A stretch of 64,000 nucleotides of DNA from an uncultured delta proteobacterium. Its GTDB lineage: Bacteria > Myxococcota_A > UBA9160 > SMWR01. Shown here one piece after another: positions 30,628 to 39,973 of this stretch (its first letter is position 1; every line of letters begins with the position of its first letter). The stretch covers positions 128,001 to 192,000 of the forward strand of contig CAWHTE010000011.1 in assembly GCA_963832165.1 (NCBI GenBank), given 5' to 3'. Below the pieces are notes generated by a model that was not told where the DNA came from, made no database searches, and worked only from the letters and a program-made list of their open reading frames with translations. The position numbers and the translations under genes are program-made.

Positions 30628-31485
30628 ATGCCGATCGATCCCAACAAGGCGCGCGGTGCACGACTTCCCGACGGAGAGAGCTCGTACACGAAGGATCAGG
30701 TGATCCTCTACCACCTCGGACTCGGCGCGGGCGTGCCCGCCACCGATCCCAAGGAGCTCGAGTACACCTACGAGAAGAACCTCAAGGTGCTGCCGAGCTT
30801 CGCGGTGGTCCCGGGATTCGGCTCGATGGGCGGGATCGCGAGCGTTCCGGGCATGCAGTTCAACTTCGCGATGCTGCTGCACGGCGAGCAGGAGGTGATC
30901 CTGCACCGGCCGCTGCCGGTCGAGGCCAAGCTCAAGACCAGCGCGCACATCCCCGAGATCTACGACAAGGGCAAGGCCGCGCTCGTGATCCTCGAGGCGG
31001 GCGCGAAGAACGCGGCCGACGATCAGCCGCTGTACACGAACCGCATGTCGCTGTTCATCCGCGGCGAGGGCGGATTCGGCGGCGACTCGGGGCCGAAGGT
31101 CGGCAATGCGGCACCCGAGCGCGCGCCCGACGGCCTCGTGGAGCGCAAGACGCTCCCGCAGCAGGCGCTGATCTATCGCCTCTCCGGCGACAAGAATCCG
31201 CTCCATGCCGATCCCGACTTCGCGAAGATGGGCGGCTTCGACACGCCGATCATCCACGGGCTGTGCTCGTACGGAATCGCCTGCAAGGCGATCGTCGACG
31301 AGGTGCTCGACGGCGACGTGTCGCAGGTGGCGCGCTATCAGGCGCGCTTCGCGGGCGTGGCGTTCCCGGGCGAGACCTACCGGATCGCGTACTGGAAGGA
31401 CGGCGCGAAGCGGATCCTGCTCGAGGCGTCGAGCGTCGAGCGCAGCGCGAAGATCATCAGCAACGCGGTGATCGAGCTGCGGTAA
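30628..31485 (+). CDS. MaoC-like double hot-dog 2-enoyl-CoA hydratase 2
   Basis: LLHGEQ, YRLSGDKNPLHADP, IHGLCSYG. Confidence 0.92.
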   Translation: MPIDPNKARGARLPDGESSYTKDQVILYHLGLGAGVPATDPKELEYTYEKNLKVLPSFAVVPGFGSMGGIASVPGMQFNFAMLLHGEQEVILHRPLPVEAKLKTSAHIPEIYDKGKAALVILEAGAKNAADDQPLYTNRMSLFIRGEGGFGGDSGPKVGNAAPERAPDGLVERKTLPQQALIYRLSGDKNPLHADPDFAKMGGFDTPIIHGLCSYGIACKAIVDEVLDGDVSQVARYQARFAGVAFPGETYRIAYWKDGAKRILLEASSVERSAKIISNAVIELR

Positions 31486-31487
31486 AC

Positions 31488-31526
31488 GGCGGGATCCGCT
31501 CGCTGCGCTCGCTTCTCCCGCCCTAC
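31488..31526 (-). repeat. GTAG-type REP (family A), GCA-loop variant
   Basis: Minus strand GTAG-GGCGGGA-GAAGCGAGCGCAGCGAGCGGA-TCCCGCC between convergent genes. Confidence 0.85.
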
Positions 31527-33037
31527 GGTCTTTCGGCGAGGAAGTCGCGCGCGACGTCGGAGGGCGACCGGCCCTCCGCGTCGACCGCGGCGTTCATGCG
31601 GCGCATCGCGTCGGCTTCGATCGTTCCGGCGAGCTCGCGCAGCGCTCCGACCACCTCGGGATGCTCGCGCGCGAGGCGCGCGGCTCGCGAGGACGATCGC
31701 GTCGTAGGGCGGGATCACGCCCAGGTCATCCTCGAGCACGGCGAGCCCGAGCGCCTCGATCCGGCCGTCCGTCGAGTACGCGCTGATCACGTCGACCTCG
31801 CGTTCGCGGAGGGCGCCGTACATGAGCGAGGGGTCCATCGCGCGCTGCGCGCGGAACGCGAGGCCGTAGACCGCCACGAGGGATTTCCACTCCGCGCGCG
31901 CGAAGAACTCGTAGTCGCCGCCGATCTCGAGCTCGGACGCGCGGCGGGCGAGCTCGCTGATCCGGGTCACCCCGAGCTCGCGCGCGCGATCGCGCCGCAT
32001 CGCGAGGGCGTAGCTGTTCTCGAATCCGAGCGCGCCCGCCACCGCGATGCCGTGCGCGTCGGCGAGGTACTTCTCGACCTCGGCGAGCAACTGATCGCGA
32101 TGCACCGACGCGGTGTCGCGATGCATGACCGTGGCCCAGAGCGTGCCCGTGTAGTCGACGTAGACGTCGAGGTCGCCCGCCGCGAGGGCGTCGAACGCGA
32201 CCGTGGACCCGAGCGAGGGCAGGATCCGCGTCGCGGTCTCCCGTACGCGCCGTGATGTGCGCGCCGAGAATCTCGGCGAGGATGTACTGCTCGGTGAACG
32301 GCTTCGCACCGATCGAGATCACGCGCTGCGCGGGTCGAGCGCACGGCCGCCGACGCCCCGGCGTAGAGCGCGAGCGCGCCGAGCCCAGCGACGGCCAGGC
32401 CCCACCACGCGCGCCGCCGCGCGCGAATGCCCGCCTCGAGCAGGCGGATCAGCTGATCGAGGCCGAGCGCGAGCGCGGCCGCGGCGGCGCAACCCACGAG
32501 CACCGCCGCGTCGTTGCGCGTCGCAAGCCCGCTGAAGATGTAGTTGCCGAGGCTCGTCGCGCCGATCGGCGTCGCGAGCGTCGCCGTGCCCACGACCCAG
32601 ACGGCCGACGTGCGCACGCCGGAGACGATCACGGGCAGCGCGAGTGGCAGCTCGACACGGACGAGCTCCTCGCGTGGTGTCATGCCGACGCCGCGCGCAG
32701 CCTCGCGCACCGCGGAGTCGACGCCCGCGAGCCCGGTCACCGTATTGCGCAGGATCGGCAGCAGGCCGTAGAGCGTGAGCGCGACCAGCGCGGGCCATGC
32801 GCCGATCCCGCGCGCGCCGACCGCCGCGAACAGCGGCACCATCACCGCGAGCAGCGCGAGGCCCGGGATGGTCTGGATCACGCTCGCGGCGCCGAGCAGC
32901 GCGGGCTCGAGCGCGCGGCGTCGGTGCACGGCGACACCGAGCGGGATCGCGATCAGCGCGGCCAGGCCGAGCGCGGCGAGCGAGAGCGTGAGGTGCGCCG
33001 TGAGATAGCCGGGCAGCAGCTGCAGCTGCTCGCTCAC
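31523..33037 (-). pseudogene. Fused osmoprotectant (glycine betaine) ABC permease/substrate-binding protein with three frameshifts
   Basis: Permease (IQTIPGLAL, EAARGVGM) then IGAKPFTEQYIL, DVYVDYTGT and PPYDA segments in different frames, with shifts near 32330, 32240 and 31690. Confidence 0.75.
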
Positions 33038-33804
33038 GAGTCCCATCTCCGGCCGAGCAGCGCATCGAGCGCCTCGGTCTGGCGCCGCGGCGTGCGCAGC
33101 AGCTCCGCGACGCGCTCGTCGGCGGGCGCGTGCAACAGCTCGGACGGCGTGCCCACCTGGACGAGCCGTCCCGCGTGCAGCACCGCGATCCGGTCGCCGA
33201 GCAGCAGCGCTTCGGCCATGTCGTGGGTCACGAAGATCGCGGTGAGGCCGAGCTCGCGGCGAATCGACGCGAACGCCTGCTGCAGGTTCTCGCGCGTGAG
33301 CGGATCGAGCGCCCCGAACGGCTCGTCGAGCAGCATCAGGCGCGGCCGGGCCGCCAGCGCGCGCGCGAGCCCCACGCGCTGCGCCTCGCCGCCCGAGAGC
33401 GCATCGGGTCGCCGGTCGCGATACGCGGCCGGGTCGAGCGCGACGCACGCGAGAAGCTCGTCGACGCGCGCGGAGACTTCCGCTGCGTTCCACCCGAGCA
33501 GCGTTGGCGTGATTCCGACGTTCTCCGCGACCGAGAGGTGCGGAAACAGCCCGACCTGCTGGAAGCAGTAGCCGATCCTCCGGCGCAGCAGGGGCGCCGG
33601 CTCCATGCGCGTGTCGACGCCGTCGATCCAGACGCTGCCGCTGGTCGGCTCGATCAGCCGGTTCACGAGCCGGAGCGTCGTCGTCTTGCCCGAGCCCGAT
33701 CCGCCGACCAGCACGAGCAGCTCGCCGGTCTGCACGGAGAGGGAGAGGTCGTCGACCGCGACCCGCTCTGGATAGCGCCGCGTGAGCGAGCGCAGCTCGA
33801 TCAC
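33034..33804 (-). CDS. Osmoprotectant ABC transporter ATP-binding protein
   Basis: GGSGSGKTT, NRLIEPTSG, LSGGEAQRVG, LLDEPFGALDP. Confidence 0.92.
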   Translation of the reverse strand: MIELRSLTRRYPERVAVDDLSLSVQTGELLVLVGGSGSGKTTTLRLVNRLIEPTSGSVWIDGVDTRMEPAPLLRRRIGYCFQQVGLFPHLSVAENVGITPTLLGWNAAEVSARVDELLACVALDPAAYRDRRPDALSGGEAQRVGLARALAARPRLMLLDEPFGALDPLTRENLQQAFASIRRELGLTAIFVTHDMAEALLLGDRIAVLHAGRLVQVGTPSELLHAPADERVAELLRTPRRQTEALDALLGRRWDS

Positions 33805-34577
33805 GATTTTGTGGCCAGCCAGAGCTTCGCGTACTTGAGGCGCACGTAATGCGCCGCGAGGTAGGCGAGCAGGAGGCCGCGCCATCCGTCGAGGAACCCG
33901 CGTCGCCAGAAGTAGAACACGAAGAAGCGGACCGGCGGGCGCAGGATCACGTCGGACAGGCGCGCGCGCCTGCCCTCGGCGCGCATCCCGTCGGCCATGA
34001 TCGTGGTGTAGCGGTCGATCGTGCGCAGGTGGTCGTCGAAGCTGCGATAGGGCTCGTGGCGCAGCTCTCCGGCCAGCCGGCGCACGCTCCCCTCGACCGA
34101 TACGCGGTCGTGCGGATCGCGCCCACCCCAGCCACCGCGGCGCCGATCGAACAGGCGCAGCTTCCAGTCGGGATACCAGGTGCCGTGGCGGATCCAGCGG
34201 CCGAGGTAGCTCGACACGCGCGATACCTCGTAGCCCGCGACACCCGCGAAGTCCCCGCGGCGCGCGGCCTCGATCGCGGTGCGCAGCTCGGGTGACACGC
34301 GCTCGTCGGCGTCGATGCAGAACACCCAGTCGTGCTTCGCTTCGCGGACGGCGAACTCCTTCTGCTTCACGTGCCCGGGCCAGTCGCGCTCGATCACGCG
34401 CGCTCCAGCCGCGGCGGCTAGCTCGCGCGTCTTGTCGGTCGAGTGCGAATCGACCACGAGCAGCTCGTCGCACCAGTCGAGTGAATCGAGGCACGCGCCG
34501 AGCCGGTCTTCCTCGTCTTTCGCGACGATGCAGGCGCTGACCGGGACCCGCTCGGGCGCCACGCCCGCTGGACTCAC
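33801..34577 (-). CDS. GT2 glycosyltransferase (WaaE/KdtX-like)
   Basis: VVDSHSTDKT, IDADERVS, WYPDWKLRLF, GFLDG. Confidence 0.9.
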   Translation of the reverse strand: MSPAGVAPERVPVSACIVAKDEEDRLGACLDSLDWCDELLVVDSHSTDKTRELAAAAGARVIERDWPGHVKQKEFAVREAKHDWVFCIDADERVSPELRTAIEAARRGDFAGVAGYEVSRVSSYLGRWIRHGTWYPDWKLRLFDRRRGGWGGRDPHDRVSVEGSVRRLAGELRHEPYRSFDDHLRTIDRYTTIMADGMRAEGRRARLSDVILRPPVRFFVFYFWRRGFLDGWRGLLLAYLAAHYVRLKYAKLWLATKS

Positions 34578-35056
34578 GCCGTGAAGCCCAGCAGCGCGTC
34601 GAGCGCGGGCCACTCGATCGCGCTCTGCGCCGCGAATGCGCGCAGCAGGAGCTCGCGGTCGGGATCGTCACCCGCGCCGCGGTACTTCGCGACCGCCGCG
34701 GCGAGCTCGGACTCTTTGGGCTGCGCGGGCGACTCGTCCTTGAGCGTGCCTTCCTCGTGGGCGAGACCCACGCCGTCGAGCCACTCGAGCAGCAGCGGCT
34801 TGCGGCACTCGAGGAAGTAGATCGCGAGCAGCTCGTCTGCGACCAGGTTGGCGGAAACGCGCGCGAGCGCGCGGCGGATCGTCTTCGCGCGCAGCTCGAA
34901 CGGCTGGTTGCGCAGGAACACCGGCCGTGCCTTGATCGACACGGCCGCCGCGTCGACCATCTGCCGGAACATCGCGGGCGCGTCCTTCGAGAGCACGCGC
35001 AGCATGCGCTCCGCTTCCTCGGGCGGCATCGTCGCGAACACCTGGTACGAGCGCAT
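34574..35056 (-). CDS. Hypothetical protein
   Basis: Coupled to both neighbours; typical codon usage. Confidence 0.65.
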   Translation of the reverse strand: MRSYQVFATMPPEEAERMLRVLSKDAPAMFRQMVDAAAVSIKARPVFLRNQPFELRAKTIRRALARVSANLVADELLAIYFLECRKPLLLEWLDGVGLAHEEGTLKDESPAQPKESELAAAVAKYRGAGDDPDRELLLRAFAAQSAIEWPALDALLGFTA

Positions 35057-35991
35057 CAGTTCCCCCGCGCGCAGGGTTTAGCAAACGCCGCGTGCGCGGC
35101 GCCGGTCGCGGTCAGGACGAGCGCGGCGGCGAGCGCGGAGTGGAGCCCGGTGAGCTCGACCGGAATCCGGGCCAGCACGTTGGCGATGCCGACGGCCACC
35201 TGCAGTGCGGAAACCGCCGCGGCGACTCGAGTCCAGAGCGCGAGCCGCGGGCTCGTGCGCGCGATCCAGGCCAGACCCGCGAGCGCGACGACCAACAGAT
35301 AGCCGTTCGATCGGTGCAGCAGGTGCAGCCCGACCGGACCGCGCCACGACGGGAACCAGGCTCCGCCGTTGCAGGTGGGCCACTCGGGGCAAGCCAAACC
35401 CGCATAACGCGAGGAGACGAGCCCGCCCAGCACGAGCTGCAGCGCGAGCAGCGCGATCACGGCCGCGAGCGCGCGGCGCTGCGGGTGCGTGGCGGGCGCC
35501 AGCGCGCTGTGCCCGCGGCCGCGCAGGTCGAGTGCGGTCCAGGCGAGCGCCGCGGCGATCGAGTTGCCGACCACGAGGTGCGACGTGACCGTCCAGGACG
35601 CGAGCAGGTGCCAGACCGTGAGCGCACCCAGCAGGATCTGCAGCGCGAAGAGCAAAGCCGTGAGCACGAGCCGGCGCCGGATCGGATCGCCGACGGGAGC
35701 GCGCCGCCACGCGGCGAGCGCGAGCGCGGCGAAACACAGCGTGACGCTGCCCGCGACCACGCGGTGCGAGTACTCGAACGCCACGCGCAGATCCATCGCG
35801 GGAACGAACTCTCCGAAGCACAGCGGCCAGTCGGGACACGCGAGCCCGGCGCCGTGCGCGCGCACGAGCGCCCCGAGCACGATCAGCGCCCAGGTGAGTG
35901 CGGCGACCGCCCCGAATCCGATCGCGAGGCCCGCGGTTCCGCCGGCCGCGCGCACGGCCGGATCGCGGCGCACGGACGCCTCGTCTAGCAT
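35056..35991 (-). CDS. Heme A synthase, COX15/CtaA family
   Basis: Duplicated GLACPDWPLC / GLACPEWPTC, EYSHR, conserved His residues. Confidence 0.88.
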   Translation of the reverse strand: MLDEASVRRDPAVRAAGGTAGLAIGFGAVAALTWALIVLGALVRAHGAGLACPDWPLCFGEFVPAMDLRVAFEYSHRVVAGSVTLCFAALALAAWRRAPVGDPIRRRLVLTALLFALQILLGALTVWHLLASWTVTSHLVVGNSIAAALAWTALDLRGRGHSALAPATHPQRRALAAVIALLALQLVLGGLVSSRYAGLACPEWPTCNGGAWFPSWRGPVGLHLLHRSNGYLLVVALAGLAWIARTSPRLALWTRVAAAVSALQVAVGIANVLARIPVELTGLHSALAAALVLTATGAAHAAFAKPCARGN

Positions 35992-36031
35992 GCCCGCCTC
36001 TTCTAGACCGTCCACGCGAGCACGCTAGGCC

Positions 36032-37027
36032 ATGCCCCCTGTTGCCACAAACACCGCGATCGAGGTGCGCGAGCTCGTCAAGCGCTTCCGCGACGTGGAA
36101 GCGCTCGCGGGCATCGATCTCGACGTGCCGCGCGGCATCTGCTTCGGCCTGCTGGGTCCGAACGGCGCGGGCAAGTCGACGACGGTCGGTGTGCTCACCA
36201 CGCTGCTCGCGCCGACCTCCGGCACGGTGTTCCTGCTCGGGCACGACGTGGTGCGCGAGCGCGCCGCAGTGCGCCGGCAGATCGGCGTGGTGTTCCAGGA
36301 GACCGCGCTCGACCCGGAGCTCTCGCCGCGCGAACAGCTCGCGCTGCACGCGCGCCTGTTTCATCTCGACGCGCCCGCGGCCTGCGCGGATCGTTGGATC
36401 GAGCGCCTCGGCCTCGCCGATCACGCGGATCGCCCGGTGCGCAAACTGTCGGGCGGCCTGCGGCGAAGGGTCGAGATCGCGCGCGGACTGTTGCACCGGC
36501 CCGGCGTTCTCTTTCTCGACGAGCCGACCACGGGCCTCGACGTGGCCGCGCGCGCGGTGATCTGGGACGAGCTGCGCGCACTGCGCCGCAGCGGTGAGAC
36601 CACGCTCTTCCTGACCACGCACTCGATGGAAGAGGCCGACGCACTGTGCGACGTGATCGCGATCGTCGACGCGGGTCGGATCGCGACCTGCGGGAGCCCC
36701 GACGCGCTCAAAGCCGAGCTCGGCGGCGACGTCGTCACGCTCGTGCTCGAGCGCCCGCAGTCCGCGATCGCCGCGCTCGAAGCACAGCCGGGCGTGTCGC
36801 GCGTGGTCGCGGACGGCACGGGTCCCGGCGCGCTGCGCGTCACGGTGGCCGATGGGTCGCGCCGGCTCGCGGGTCTGCTCGAGTGCGCGCGCGGCGCGGG
36901 GATCCTCGAGGTCGACCTGCGCCGGCCCAGCCTCGAGCACGTCTTCCTGCACTACACCGGTCACGGATTCGAGGACGCAAGTTTCGCGCAGCGAGCCGAA
37001 GGCGAGCGAAGGCCATCAGGATGGTGA
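36032..37027 (+). CDS. ABC-2 exporter ATP-binding protein (DrrA-like) with repeat-encoded C-terminus
   Basis: GPNGAGKST, LSGG, FLDEPTTGLD, PSLEHVFLHYTG; ends ASFAQRAEGERRPSGW. Confidence 0.93.
   Translation: MPPVATNTAIEVRELVKRFRDVEALAGIDLDVPRGICFGLLGPNGAGKSTTVGVLTTLLAPTSGTVFLLGHDVVRERAAVRRQIGVVFQETALDPELSPREQLALHARLFHLDAPAACADRWIERLGLADHADRPVRKLSGGLRRRVEIARGLLHRPGVLFLDEPTTGLDVAARAVIWDELRALRRSGETTLFLTTHSMEEADALCDVIAIVDAGRIATCGSPDALKAELGGDVVTLVLERPQSAIAALEAQPGVSRVVADGTGPGALRVTVADGSRRLAGLLECARGAGILEVDLRRPSLEHVFLHYTGHGFEDASFAQRAEGERRPSGW
36977..37017 (+). repeat. Hairpin element family B, 41-nt copy
   Basis: GCAAGTTTCGCGCAGCGAGCCGAAGGCGAGCGAAGGCCATC, one mismatch to 11523-11563. Confidence 0.92.
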
Positions 37028-37779
37028 TGGCACCGCTCTCCGATCTCGTGGCGCTCACGGGGCGCGAGCTGCGCCGCTATGCGCGCGACCGCGCCTACTG
37101 GGTGGGCCAGGTGGTCTTTCCGCTCGCGTTCATCGCGTTCATCGGATACGGGCTCAACGACGTGATCGCGCTGCCGAGCGGCGCGAGCTACGTGGGCCAC
37201 CTTGCGACCGGGCTGCTCGCGATGCTGGTCGGCTCGGGCGCAGTCGGCGGCGGATTCTCGCTGATCGAGGACAAGACGAGTGGCTTCCTGCGCGCGCTGC
37301 TCGTGGCGCCGGTCTCCCGCACGCACCTCGTGCTCGCGAAGCTCGGCGCGCGCGTGCTCGTATCGCTCGCGCTCGTCGCGGGCCTGGCGCTCCTGCTCGC
37401 GGTCTTCACGCCCGTGCGGCTCGCCGACCCGCTCGCGGGGGCGGTCGCCGTGGTGGCGATCACGGCGATCTTCGTCGCGCTCGGCGTCGCGGTCGCGGTG
37501 CCACTGCGCCGCCTCGACTCGTTCCGGCTGGTCGCGGCGATGGTCACGGTGCCGCTCTATCTCTGCTCGGGAATCTTCTATCCCGTCGCCACCTTGCCCG
37601 CGCCCACGCGCTGGATCGCCCACGTGAATCCGCTCACCTATGGTGTGGATCTGCTGCGCTACGCCCTGCTCGGGGTCCACGAGTTGCCGCTGGCACTTTC
37701 CTACGGATTGCTCGGTGCGCTCACACTGCTTGCGATTGCCGTTGCCGTGCTGGCCTTCGACCGCGGGACCCGGGGGTAG
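37027..37779 (+). CDS. ABC-2 type permease (alternative start 37021)
   Basis: DKTSGFLRALLVAPVSR, SGIFYP, NPLTYGVDLLR. Confidence 0.9.
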   Translation: MAPLSDLVALTGRELRRYARDRAYWVGQVVFPLAFIAFIGYGLNDVIALPSGASYVGHLATGLLAMLVGSGAVGGGFSLIEDKTSGFLRALLVAPVSRTHLVLAKLGARVLVSLALVAGLALLLAVFTPVRLADPLAGAVAVVAITAIFVALGVAVAVPLRRLDSFRLVAAMVTVPLYLCSGIFYPVATLPAPTRWIAHVNPLTYGVDLLRYALLGVHELPLALSYGLLGALTLLAIAVAVLAFDRGTRG

Positions 37780-37825
37780 CCCGGCGACTAAACTTCGACG
37801 CCCGACGGGTCGATGAAGCGGGGTG

Positions 37826-38245
37826 ATGGACACCGCAGTGCAGATCACCGATGCCCGAGACCCCCGACGGCTGCGCGAGCTCATGGAGCGCGCGGAGACG
37901 CTCGCCCGCGACCACGGGCTCCGGTCGGTCGTGGTGGGGCTCGCGGGCTTCGAGGGCGACACGATGTTCCCGGAGATCGTCGACTACGTCGAAAGCGCGC
38001 TGCGCGTCGACGACTCGGTGTTCCGGCTCACGCGCGAGCGCGTGGTGCTGCTGCTGGCGGACGTCGACGTGGAGCGCGCCAGCGCGATCATGAATCGGCT
38101 GCTCGGCCAGTTCCGCGAGAACTTCCCGTCGCCGGTCGAGCCGGCGGTCGGGCTCGGCTACTTCGAAGTGGCGCCGGGCGTGGCCGACGTGTCGGTGAAG
38201 AACGTCCTGCCGAATCTGTTCGCGACGCCTCCCACGTCGCACTGA
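37826..38245 (+). CDS. Degenerate GGDEF-like single-domain protein
   Basis: SALRVDDSVFRLTRERVVLLLAD resembles LRxxDxxxRxGGDEF without the catalytic motif. Confidence 0.5.
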   Translation: MDTAVQITDARDPRRLRELMERAETLARDHGLRSVVVGLAGFEGDTMFPEIVDYVESALRVDDSVFRLTRERVVLLLADVDVERASAIMNRLLGQFRENFPSPVEPAVGLGYFEVAPGVADVSVKNVLPNLFATPPTSH

Positions 38246-38288
38246 TCTCCCGCCCGTCCGCGGCGGCGCTCGCTACCATGCGCGCGCG

Positions 38289-39098
38289 ATGCCGGAGATC
38301 CACCCCTCGGCGATCATCGACCGCGACGTCGAGCTCGCTGAAGACGTCGTGATCGGCCCTCACTGCGTCCTGCGCGGCCGCATCCGGATCGGCGCGGGCA
38401 CGCAGCTGCTCGGGCACGTCTATCTGCAGGGCCCGCTCGTGCTCGGCGAGCGCAACCGCGTGTGGCCGTTCGCGGCGCTCGGATTCGCGCCGCAGCACCT
38501 CGGCTGGGACCCGGATCGCGCCGGCGCGGGGCTCGTGATCGGTGACGAGAATACGATCCGCGAGTCGGTGACGATGTCGCGCGCGGCGTCGGACGACGTT
38601 CCCACGCGCGTGGGAAGCCGCAACTACTGGATGGCCAACACGCACGCGGGTCATGACTGCGAGATCGGCAACGGCTGCGTGTTCGCGAACGGCACTCTGC
38701 TCGCGGGCTCGGTGCGGGTCGGCGACGCCGTGGTCGCGGGCGGCAACGTGGCGGTGCACCAGTTCTGCCAGGTGGGGCGCGGCGCGCTGCTGTCGGGCAC
38801 GTTCGGGCTCAACAAGGATCTGCCGCCGTTCTTCATGCTCACGGGTGGGAATATCGCCGGCAGCATCAACCTGATCGGCATGCGCCGCTCCGGGATGCCG
38901 AGCGAGCAGATCGACGACGTGCGCTGGGTGTACAAGACGCTGTACCGGCGCGGGCTCTCGCTGACGCGCGCACTCGAGCAGCTCCAGGAGCGCGCGGCGC
39001 GCCCGATGGTGGCCGAGTACATCGCGTTCCTGCATGGGTCGAAGCGCGGCCTGTGCCCCGCGCGCGGCGAGGCACGGCGGGGCACGGGGACGGAGTAG
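38289..39098 (+). CDS. lpxA: Acyl-ACP--UDP-N-acetylglucosamine O-acyltransferase
   Basis: IHPSAII, NTIRESVT, HAGHDC, AVHQFC, NLIGMRR. Confidence 0.85.
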   Translation: MPEIHPSAIIDRDVELAEDVVIGPHCVLRGRIRIGAGTQLLGHVYLQGPLVLGERNRVWPFAALGFAPQHLGWDPDRAGAGLVIGDENTIRESVTMSRAASDDVPTRVGSRNYWMANTHAGHDCEIGNGCVFANGTLLAGSVRVGDAVVAGGNVAVHQFCQVGRGALLSGTFGLNKDLPPFFMLTGGNIAGSINLIGMRRSGMPSEQIDDVRWVYKTLYRRGLSLTRALEQLQERAARPMVAEYIAFLHGSKRGLCPARGEARRGTGTE

Positions 39099-39147
39099 CG
39101 CGCAGCGCCCGATCCTCCGTTCGCCCTTGCCGGGCGTCCGCCATTGT

Positions 39148-39163
39148 GTAACTGAATTGTTAC
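39148..39163. promoter_or_regulatory. Putative ArsR-family operator
   Basis: GTAAC-TGAATT-GTTAC palindrome upstream of the SRPBCC-ArsR pair. Confidence 0.6.
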
Positions 39164-39191
39164 GTATAGACTCGGCTCCGAGGAGGGCAGC

Positions 39192-39653
39192 ATGGGACTT
39201 CAAATCAGCTCGTTGGCGGTCCGGCGCAGCGTGTTCATCCAGGCATCTCCGAGCCGGGTCTGGCGAGAATTCGAGACCGCCGAGCGGATCGCGGCCTGGC
39301 TCGATCGCGGGCACAAGCTCCACTCGATCGATCCGCGCGAGGGAGGGCGCGTCGAGATGAGCGTGGAGATCGACGGGAAACGCCGGCAGTACGGCGGCCC
39401 GGTCCTCGTCGTCGAGCCGCAGCGCGAGATGTCCTTCGAGATCCGCTGGGCCACGCCGTGGGAGGCGGCCTACTCGCAGCGCACCACCTACTGGACCTTC
39501 CGTCTCACGGGCCTCTACGGCGGCACGCTGGTCGAGATCTTCCATCACGGCTTCGAACTTTCTGGCGCAGACGCCGGCGACGATCTCGAAGGCTACGAGG
39601 AAGGGTGGGACGTCAAGCACCTGAAGGCGCTCCGGGCGATCGTTGAGCAATAG
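39192..39653 (+). CDS. SRPBCC/AHSA1 domain protein
   Basis: IQASPSRVW, DPREGG, YEEGW. Confidence 0.85.
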   Translation: MGLQISSLAVRRSVFIQASPSRVWREFETAERIAAWLDRGHKLHSIDPREGGRVEMSVEIDGKRRQYGGPVLVVEPQREMSFEIRWATPWEAAYSQRTTYWTFRLTGLYGGTLVEIFHHGFELSGADAGDDLEGYEEGWDVKHLKALRAIVEQ

Positions 39654-39969
39654 GGATGTCTATGTCGCGCTCGCGGACCCGACGCGGCGCGGGATCCTCG
39701 AACTGCTCCGGGACCGGGGACCGCAGAACGCCGGCGCGATCGCGGCGAGCTTTCGCCGCGTCTCCCGGCCCGGAATCTCCCGCCATCTTCGCGTGCTGCG
39801 CGAGTGCGGTGTGGTTTCGGCCGAAGCGGAGGGGCGCGAGAACCTCTACCGGCTCGACGTCGGGCCGATCGTGAGAGCGCGCGACGGATGGCTCGCGAGC
39901 TTCGCGCCGGGCCACGTGCGCAGCCTGAGGGCGTTGCGGCGCAAGGTGGAACGGGACACGGATCGCTGA
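39643..39969 (+). CDS. ArsR/SmtB family HTH regulator
   Basis: ALADPTRRGILELL, SRPGISRHLRVLRECG, GRENLYRL. Confidence 0.92.
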   Translation: MSNRDVYVALADPTRRGILELLRDRGPQNAGAIAASFRRVSRPGISRHLRVLRECGVVSAEAEGRENLYRLDVGPIVRARDGWLASFAPGHVRSLRALRRKVERDTDR

Positions 39970-39973
39970 GCGA

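Noticed and set aside
31650..32350. Programmed ribosomal frameshifting in the ABC gene
   Set aside because: Three separate shifts with no recognisable slippery heptamer; indels are more parsimonious.
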